Source: Nitrospinales bacterium (GTDB lineage Bacteria; Nitrospinota_A; UBA7883; JACRGQ01). Taken from it: 64,000 nt of DNA. This document shows, in pieces, positions 49,401 to 55,386 of the stretch. Location of the stretch: the NCBI GenBank assembly GCA_023248495.1, contig JAHFEK010000001.1, forward strand, positions 49,195 to 113,194, written 5' to 3'. The stretch's first letter is position 1; each line of letters starts with the position of its first letter. The notes beneath the pieces were generated by a model that did not search any database, was not told the origin of the DNA, and was given only the letters and a program-made list of their open reading frames with translations. The translations under genes and the position numbers were made by a program.

Positions 49401-49816
49401 CCGAAGCTTCCCTTCACGGCAAGATCGGCGCCGATAACGGCGATCCGGTGGTTCCACGCGTCGGCGACATAGACCGTGCCATCGGGGGCGATGGCAATGC
49501 CGCGCGGATAGCGGAACTCGCCGATGCCGGCGCCATGCCCGCCAATGGCGGCGATAAGGCTGAAATCGGGCGCGTATACCAACACGCGGTGGTTAAATTC
49601 ATCGGTGACGAAAATGCGGCCGCGCGGGCAGACCGCGACGCCGGCGGCGGGTGAAAGTCCTTCGCCATGATGGAATGCGCCGCCAGGTTTCAAGGAAACA
49701 AGATTGCCCGAAGGAACCGCCGCCAACGCGGCTTGCCGGTTGCCCGCGGCGCCGGCGTCTTCAAGGAACGTGCGCACTCCCTTGGCGCCGTTGTAAGTAG
49801 CCCGTTGATACCCCAT
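46499..49816 (-). CDS. Large NHL-repeat protein (N- and C-terminal NHL beta-propellers flanking an Ala-rich helical region)
   Basis: NHL units are repeated ('VTDEFNHRVLVY', 'VADAWNHRIAVI', 'EKSNHRIQLF', 'VADTNNHRVVKL' and C-terminal equivalents). Confidence 0.8.
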   Translation of the reverse strand: MGYQRATYNGAKGVRTFLEDAGAAGNRQAALAAVPSGNLVSLKPGGAFHHGEGLSPAAGVAVCPRGRIFVTDEFNHRVLVYAPDFSLIAAIGGHGAGIGEFRYPRGIAIAPDGTVYVADAWNHRIAVIGADLAVKGSFGSLGSGAGQLDEPCGVAFVNGALAVLEKSNHRIQLFTPDGRSTASFGKRGSADEQARFYAVPVPPDTFCPPVFEFPTALAADAAGNFYVADTNNHRVVKLSPAGGYISAYTTPGLRYPVGTACDVAGNLHITQFNRAGVHVFSPRGIYLYKYLTPGLEMPVAVACAGNAVYVAAGMAARVSAFTIDAGHDAGCALETPFTFNLKEALAATAAGEWASAFDALGDAAASPAPSPEELAAALPEGDFAPFPPPKQPPHAGASAFCRLLDAAAAERWKMLETILIRKTAAADDNANAALQIEKTSLLGNAGVDDFMVARWRSIKSLLNLSADFKRTMAALRKIAEFRRRLARAGQEIPARLASLAAGQAAVAAMGKTRETWFAGAAKEAPALNFNSAPAERASFAINESRLSQTAFEFRSFWSMLTDAQFEIASLAAAGLLEKDAVAEHIGPALGMLLDAPEDAATRLTCLNGAEALMEAAGPEAVAGWLRANSSGAAWETLGLEEKAQRPDYALLAALWASGMEEGKTADPSTWEKITAFYHAEFTKFVGENAPLRLELLRNSMMLPMAEKSDIKQAAMILRKISLLNYHLMFQERYIGGLMLEYLTRYALFAAKIPCLPPDAAERTAAALDALIDEAAIAGNGESNAVFDTSQKLKTAATGEKQELRIRHSAAGAALGYLSLLGAHLALARAAVRDAAGNEPRAAGSIFETAAGFRPLSGPSAALFDADGNLYVVARSIVSVYDNAMRPIREVGAYGRGPGKLDFPMDIAFTPDGHLLVTRIFSPMIARFGPDGSFDRDITLEKTEGRRVYRIQTGADGTIFASFFDGEGINIHNSEGTFLRSIPLKGSPFERLGSVLGFALVNGKLYTGRNGMMAAVDAVTGAPLHFRETGLSFSAINSICADGAGSLYFIDHARNITAVTDETFSAVRRLPAMKTVAVGAVTAGENGLLAICDNWGNRLRLFNVKE

Positions 49817-49913
49817 TTACCGATTGATGTTAAAGGAAGGGGGGAGCAAAAACAATCCTTAATCGCATGACCGCGCGGGGAACGCCGCGAAAGGAAAAAC
49901 GAGTAACAAAAAA

Positions 49914-49990
49914 TGGTCGGGATGAGAGGATTTGAACCTCCGACCCCTCGCTCCCGAAGCGAGTGCTCTACCAGACTGAGCCACATCCCG
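49914..49990 (-). tRNA. tRNA-Pro (anticodon CGG), CCA encoded
   Basis: I folded it by hand: acceptor CGGGATG/CATCCCG, D arm GCTC/GAGC, anticodon stem CTCGC/GCGAG with loop TTCGGGA, T arm GGAGG-TTCAAAT-CCTCT, then A73-CCA. Confidence 0.9.
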
Positions 49991-50178
49991 ACTGTCAGTT
50001 TTGAAGGAGTGGATACTATCACAAGCCCGCCATATTTTGTAAGCTAAATTGTTTTCCCGCCGTCTGGCGCGCGCGGGGGTATTTCAGCGGGATATTTCAC
50101 CCCTTCCCAATCAGCCGTCCGGCTGGTAATATACCGCCCTTCACTTGAAGCGATTACAACCTTAAGGCGGATAATGTC

Positions 50179-51774
50179 ATGATACAAATAAGCAATCTCA
50201 CCAAGTCCTACGGCAAGCAGGTGCTGTACAACGATATTACCCTCAGCATCGCCCCGCGCGAAAAAGTCGGCTTTGTGGGCCGTAACGGCAGTGGCAAGTC
50301 GACCTTGTTCCGCCTCATACTGGGGGAAGAGCAACCCGACAGCGGCACTATCGGCATTCCGAAGGGATATAGAATCGGCACCCTGGAGCAGCACCTGAAG
50401 TTTACGGAAAAAACGGTGCTGGAAGAGGTGGCCACCGCGCTTTCGGAAGACGAGATGTACGATCACTGGAAAGCGGAAAAAATCCTTTTCGGCCTGGGGT
50501 TCACCGAGCCGGACATGGGGAAAGCGCCGGAAAGTTTTTCCGGCGGCTACCAGATACGGATGAACATGGCGAAACTGTTGGTGCAAAATCCCAACATGCT
50601 GCTGCTGGACGAACCGACCAACTATCTCGACATCGTCAGCCTCCGCTGGCTTAAAAGCTGGCTCCGCTCCTTCCAGGGCGAGGTCATTATTATTACGCAC
50701 GACCGCGGTTTCATGGACGAAGTGACCTCCCACACCATGGGGATCGTCCGCCGCCAGCTCCGCAAGTTGAAGGGGGATACCCTCACCTTTTTCGAGACCC
50801 TCGACCATGAGGATGAAATCCACGAGAAAACCCGCGTCAACCAGGAGAAGCGGATCAAGGAGATTGAAGAGTTCGTGGCGCGCAACAAGGCGCGCGCCAG
50901 CTCGGCCTCCCGCGCGCAGTCGCGCCTCAAGCTGCTGGACAAAATGGAACGGATCGAGAAGTTGGATCACGACGCGATGCTCGCGTTCCGGTTCAACTAC
51001 GACAAGTGCCCCGGCAAGGTGGTGATGGAGGCGCGCGACCTGTCGTTTTCCTACGACGGCAATCCGGATAACGCGCTGTTCAAGGATCTGACTTTCGCGG
51101 TGGGGGCGCGTGACCGCATCGCCATCATCGGAAAAAACGGCAAGGGGAAATCGACGCTGTTGAACATTTTGGGCGGCGAGTTGAAAACGCTCACCGGCGG
51201 GATCAGCACGCACCCCAGCATGAAAATCGGCCACTTCGGGCAGACGAATATCCAACGGCTCGATCTTGAAAGCAACGTGCTGGAGGAATTGAGCAAGGCA
51301 AACCCGTCGCTCAACAACCAGCATCTCCGCTGTCTTGCCGGCGCGATGATGTTTCCCGGCGACGCCGCGGAAAAGTTCATCAAGGTGCTTTCCGGCGGCG
51401 AGCGGAGCCGCGTGTTGCTGGGCAAGATATTGGCTAACCCGACGAACCTCCTGCTCCTCGACGAACCGACCAACCACCTCGATATGGAATCGATAGAAGA
51501 ACTAACCGAACAGCTCGACGAATATGAAGGGGCGGTTATCATCGTCACCCACAGCGAAATGATATTGCGCGATATCGCAACCAAGCTGATCGTTTTCAAT
51601 GAAGATAAGGCGCATCTCTTTTTGGGGAATTACGACGACTTCCTCGAGAAAATCGGCTGGGAAGACGAGCCGAAAGCCAAAAAGAAAGAGGACAAGGAGA
51701 AGAATAAGAAAATGGACGATCCTGTGGCCGCCGTGTCAAAGTCCAAAAAGGGGCGTGAACGCGGTTTTGCATAA
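50179..51774 (+). CDS. ABC-F family ATPase (two ABC cassettes, no TM domain)
   Basis: It has two Walker A motifs ('GRNGSGKST', 'GKNGKGKST'), two signature motifs ('FSGGYQIRM', 'LSGGERSRV'), and a Lys/Glu-rich tail. Confidence 0.9.
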   Translation: MIQISNLTKSYGKQVLYNDITLSIAPREKVGFVGRNGSGKSTLFRLILGEEQPDSGTIGIPKGYRIGTLEQHLKFTEKTVLEEVATALSEDEMYDHWKAEKILFGLGFTEPDMGKAPESFSGGYQIRMNMAKLLVQNPNMLLLDEPTNYLDIVSLRWLKSWLRSFQGEVIIITHDRGFMDEVTSHTMGIVRRQLRKLKGDTLTFFETLDHEDEIHEKTRVNQEKRIKEIEEFVARNKARASSASRAQSRLKLLDKMERIEKLDHDAMLAFRFNYDKCPGKVVMEARDLSFSYDGNPDNALFKDLTFAVGARDRIAIIGKNGKGKSTLLNILGGELKTLTGGISTHPSMKIGHFGQTNIQRLDLESNVLEELSKANPSLNNQHLRCLAGAMMFPGDAAEKFIKVLSGGERSRVLLGKILANPTNLLLLDEPTNHLDMESIEELTEQLDEYEGAVIIVTHSEMILRDIATKLIVFNEDKAHLFLGNYDDFLEKIGWEDEPKAKKKEDKEKNKKMDDPVAAVSKSKKGRERGFA

Positions 51775-51880
51775 AAAGGCCGATACCGGTAAACTACTTC
51801 CAGGCTTTCGGGCTGGCCGCCGGGCGCGGCGGAACCATCCGGAATGCCAGTAATTTAACCGTACCGCTATTCCACGGAGG

Positions 51881-53311
51881 ATGTTCATGGATGCATTGGC
51901 GATAGTGGGCCGCACCGTTGTTAACTCGGCCTTGACGGCGATTCTGGCCGTTGCCGTGCTGGCCGCCGGCTGTGTGCCGCCCAAAAACAAAACTCCCAAA
52001 GCCAGCGCTGTGACTTCCGCGCCCGCCGCTCCGGCCGTTGAGCCGGCCGATACTCCGCAAACCGATTCGCCTTCCGCGGCGCCCGCTGCCGCCGCCGCGC
52101 CGGAGGACAACCCATTGTCACACACATGGCAGCGCCTGTTGGCGCTTGAAGGCAAAAGCGGCATTGCCGGTTCCGTCACCATCGGCAATATTTCCGCTGG
52201 AATCGGCGAAGAGGTCTCCTCGGCAAAAAATGTCCGGCATATCGAGGCCGAGATGGAAGTTATGTGCCAGATCCGCAAGCCGTACACCGAAGCGGCGATA
52301 TACCTTGATGCGGTATCGGCGCGCATTGATAAGGTGGATGCTTCCAGCGTGCAGGGGATTAAAACCGAGGATGCGGTTGTTGCCTCGCAGGTGAACAAGG
52401 GGCGCTTTGAGTGGCGGATAAAGTTGGCCCAAAACCAGATTCCGCCGGTCAGTCAAAAGCTGCGGATGTATATTGAAGCGCCTAAAAACATGGACGCCAT
52501 TGAGATTCGCCTCCAGCGGTCGTTCAAAAAGGCCGATGGCGATGTTTTTAACAGCATTCCGCCCACGCCGGAAAGTCCCGAAGCGAAACGTCTTATCGAT
52601 TCAATTAAAAAAGAACTTGGCAGCCGCGTTAAAAGTGATGTTCCTTGGTTAGGGGTGGGGGATTGCGCGGCGGTAATGGGCGAGCAAAAAAACGGTCAAT
52701 GTTATCCCACGGACGCGTCATGGCGGTTGGCGAAAAAACGCGCGGCCGGACTGATGGCCACTCCCTGGATGGAGAAGATAGTGCTTCGGGTGAACGGTGG
52801 CGCGATAGCACGCAAGAAAGAAGAGCCTGCTAAGGTGAAGCCCGTCGAAACGCCGAAGCCGGTCGAAACGGTAAAACCACTGGAAGCGCCAAAGCCCGCC
52901 AAAGTGGCAAAGCCCGTGGAAGCGCCGAAACCAATTGAAGCGGCGCCGCCAGTGGAAGAGCCGAAACCAATTGAAGTGGCGCCGCCAGTGGAAGAGCCGA
53001 AACCAATTGAAGTGGCGCCGCTAGCGGAAGAGCCGAAACCGGTGGAGGCCCCGAAGCCCGCCGAAGTTGGGCAACCGGTGGAAATAACGAAACCGGCCAA
53101 AACGGCAAAACCGGTGGAGGCCCCGAAGCCCGCCGAAGTTGGGCAACCGGTGGAAATAACGAAACCGGCCAAAACGGCAAAACCGGCTGTAGCGCCGAAG
53201 GCTCAACAAGAGCCAGCTAAAAAGCCCGCCATAAAAAAAGATGCGGTTAAGCCGAAAGTTAACAAAGAAGGGCAGCCGATATTTGATTTAAGCGACGTAT
53301 TGGGTAAATAG
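51881..53311 (+). CDS. Lipoprotein with C-terminal Pro/Lys/Glu-rich 'KPVEAPKP' repeat region
   Basis: It has the lipobox 'VLAAGC'. The C-terminal ~150 aa consist of PKP(V/I/A)E units. Confidence 0.65.
   Translation: MFMDALAIVGRTVVNSALTAILAVAVLAAGCVPPKNKTPKASAVTSAPAAPAVEPADTPQTDSPSAAPAAAAAPEDNPLSHTWQRLLALEGKSGIAGSVTIGNISAGIGEEVSSAKNVRHIEAEMEVMCQIRKPYTEAAIYLDAVSARIDKVDASSVQGIKTEDAVVASQVNKGRFEWRIKLAQNQIPPVSQKLRMYIEAPKNMDAIEIRLQRSFKKADGDVFNSIPPTPESPEAKRLIDSIKKELGSRVKSDVPWLGVGDCAAVMGEQKNGQCYPTDASWRLAKKRAAGLMATPWMEKIVLRVNGGAIARKKEEPAKVKPVETPKPVETVKPLEAPKPAKVAKPVEAPKPIEAAPPVEEPKPIEVAPPVEEPKPIEVAPLAEEPKPVEAPKPAEVGQPVEITKPAKTAKPVEAPKPAEVGQPVEITKPAKTAKPAVAPKAQQEPAKKPAIKKDAVKPKVNKEGQPIFDLSDVLGK
53036..53179 (+). 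repeat. Exact 72-nt tandem duplication inside the Pro-rich lipoprotein gene
   Basis: 'aaaccggtggaggccccgaagcccgccgaagttgggcaaccggtggaaataacgaaaccggccaaaacggca' occurs at 53036 and again at 53108. Shorter 36-nt units occur at 52945-53020. Confidence 0.8.
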
Positions 53312-53582
53312 CGGTAATCCGGCTTCAATAGTCTGCCGTCACAAACGGCTGTTATTTTGAGCTGCGGGTGAAGTATTCCTTGCGAAGAAAGGGGATGCCT
53401 CACCCGCCAAAACATCGTGTCTTTGCCTCATCCTCCAATATTCACCAATGCCATTGACCGGCTTGGAAAGTAAAAGGCCTTAAGAAACAGGCACTTTATT
53501 ACGATAACAAGTATGGCAAGTGTTCGCCGTGTCCCGGTTGTGGGCCCGGAAAAAACCATGTACCGGTGAGGATCGTTAATAG

Positions 53583-54506
53583 ATGGGTTACGTTATTAAC
53601 CGCTGGCTTTGTGGCATGGTGCTTATTGTCCTCATTGCCGCGCCGCGCGCGGATGCGGCGGAAACGGCGATGGGAATGATGCTAAATTTTTCCCCCGTGT
53701 ACCGGTATGCTCATTTTAGGATCGAGACGGGGGATGAGCCGGTGCCGGATCCGGTAACGGGCGCTAAAAAACGTGAACCGCGCGACGGTTTTTTTATTAT
53801 AACCCCCCTCAACGAAAATGAAGAGCTGATCGAGGCCGCGCATCCCGACCAGCCGGCCCGCTGGTATCTGGGATGGTCCTTTGGCAGCGCAAGGGCCGCC
53901 GCACGTCCTTCGGGCGCGTTGGAGAGGGGGCTTTCGATGATTGATATTGGCGCCAATTACCAGGAATTCGTATTCTATCCCAACGGCGGAAATGATTTCC
54001 GGCGTAAAGCCGCTGTTTCGGTTTATCTTTCAATTTACGAAACGCTCTACGTCGTTTCGGCGGAACCGGGGAGCTTCATCTCCAGTCTGCGGGCCACCTA
54101 TTTGTACGAGCATCGCGCGGCGGGCAAGACCATCGTGGTGGTTCCCGGCGCCGTAGGTCAACCCGACACCGTTACCAATAGAGCGGTCTCTTTCCCCACG
54201 GCGTTAGGGGCGCTGATCATACATCCCGGGGTCATTTACGAGCCGTCCGAAACGGCGGCGTTCCGCTTGGCGTTTTCACCGCAATACACATTTTACAATA
54301 ATCTGAATCAGGCGGTTCCATGGTTTGATAAAGAGAGACTCCGCCTTGAGGTCTGGCTCCACCATTTCCCCGTGGCGGACCGCAACTTCCGGCTGCAGGC
54401 GGGCGTGTATTCCGACCGGATTGTACGGGGTGATACGGCTGACGGCGGAACCGAAATGGGGGTGATGTTACAGCTTCGGCGTGATATCCGGACATTTGAC
54501 TGGTAG
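53583..54506 (+). CDS. Hypothetical exported protein (possible outer-membrane beta-barrel)
   Basis: It has the signal peptide 'VLIVLIAAPRADAAE', alternating beta-like segments, and a C-terminal aromatic residue. I recognise no family. Confidence 0.5.
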   Translation: MGYVINRWLCGMVLIVLIAAPRADAAETAMGMMLNFSPVYRYAHFRIETGDEPVPDPVTGAKKREPRDGFFIITPLNENEELIEAAHPDQPARWYLGWSFGSARAAARPSGALERGLSMIDIGANYQEFVFYPNGGNDFRRKAAVSVYLSIYETLYVVSAEPGSFISSLRATYLYEHRAAGKTIVVVPGAVGQPDTVTNRAVSFPTALGALIIHPGVIYEPSETAAFRLAFSPQYTFYNNLNQAVPWFDKERLRLEVWLHHFPVADRNFRLQAGVYSDRIVRGDTADGGTEMGVMLQLRRDIRTFDW

Positions 54507-54597
54507 GCGGTAATTGCCCGGTTACGGATATAACCGCCGGTTTTGCATTGTGTTGCGTTTCAGTCCGTAAGGAGTTATTGTTATAGCCAACGAGATT

Positions 54598-54843
54598 GTG
54601 GAGAAGCAAATGGAAAGCAACAGAAGGGATAAAATCCTCACCGAAGTAAACCGGCTTTTGTTGGAAAACGAGCTGACAGCCGAAGACCGCGAAGCGATAC
54701 TTGAGAATATAGTCCGCATCCATCTGGACCAGATGGAGGATATTGAGGAAATCGACCTGTTTCAGGACCGCGTGAATGACATGATCGATGATTATGTCGA
54801 GCAGCATTTCGAGGACACGATGGAGGATAACAACTACAACTGA
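54598..54843 (+). CDS. Hypothetical small acidic protein
   Basis: This 81-aa ORF is very acidic and helical. It is the only sensible ORF in the gap. ATG 54610 is an alternative start. Confidence 0.4.
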   Translation: MEKQMESNRRDKILTEVNRLLLENELTAEDREAILENIVRIHLDQMEDIEEIDLFQDRVNDMIDDYVEQHFEDTMEDNNYN

Positions 54844-54924
54844 TTGCGGTTGACGCATGGCGTTTAATTCTGTTAGGCTTTTGTTAAATCAATCCGTAAA
54901 GAGGTTGGAGGAGTGGGAAGGGGT

Positions 54925-55236
54925 ATGACCAAATCCGATATGGCCGAGAAGCTTGCCGCGAAGCTGAACATCACGAAGCAGCAGGCGGAAGGTATCATCA
55001 ACATTTTCACCAATTCGATTATTGAATCCCTTTCCAAGGGGGACAAGGTGGAAATCCGGGGCTTTGGCAGCTTCCGCGTGCGGCACCGCTCCGCCAAAGA
55101 GGGGCGCAATCCCAAAACCGGCGAGAAGGTTTTCGTGCCTCCGAAAAAAGTGCCCTTCTTCAAGACCGGCAAGGAATTCCGCCTCATTGTCGACGGCAAA
55201 GAAGTCGCCGCCGACGGCTCGGACGCCGAAGAGTAA
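54925..55236 (+). CDS. HU/IHF-family DNA-binding protein (IHF-beta-like)
   Basis: It reads 'MTKSDMAEKLA...LSKGDKVEIRGFGSFRVRHRSAKEGRNPKTGEKVFVPPKKVPFFKTGKE'. Confidence 0.85.
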   Translation: MTKSDMAEKLAAKLNITKQQAEGIINIFTNSIIESLSKGDKVEIRGFGSFRVRHRSAKEGRNPKTGEKVFVPPKKVPFFKTGKEFRLIVDGKEVAADGSDAEE

Positions 55237-55386
55237 TCCCGGCGGCGTTGCGTAACGCCGCCGTTTCCCTGTCATCGCTTCCCCGCCGTCATTCATCCCG
55301 TAGTCATCTTGGACACATTCGCCGCGCTCGCAAGAATAACATTCGACCCGGTGGGTACAGCCTGTACGTCTGTTTATGGGCCGGGG

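Noticed and set aside
49817-50178. tRNA-Pro as an integration site for a genomic island or prophage.
   Set aside because: No integrase, no direct repeat of the tRNA 3' end and no compositional shift is present on either side. The flanking genes (NHL protein, ABC-F ATPase) have host-like composition.
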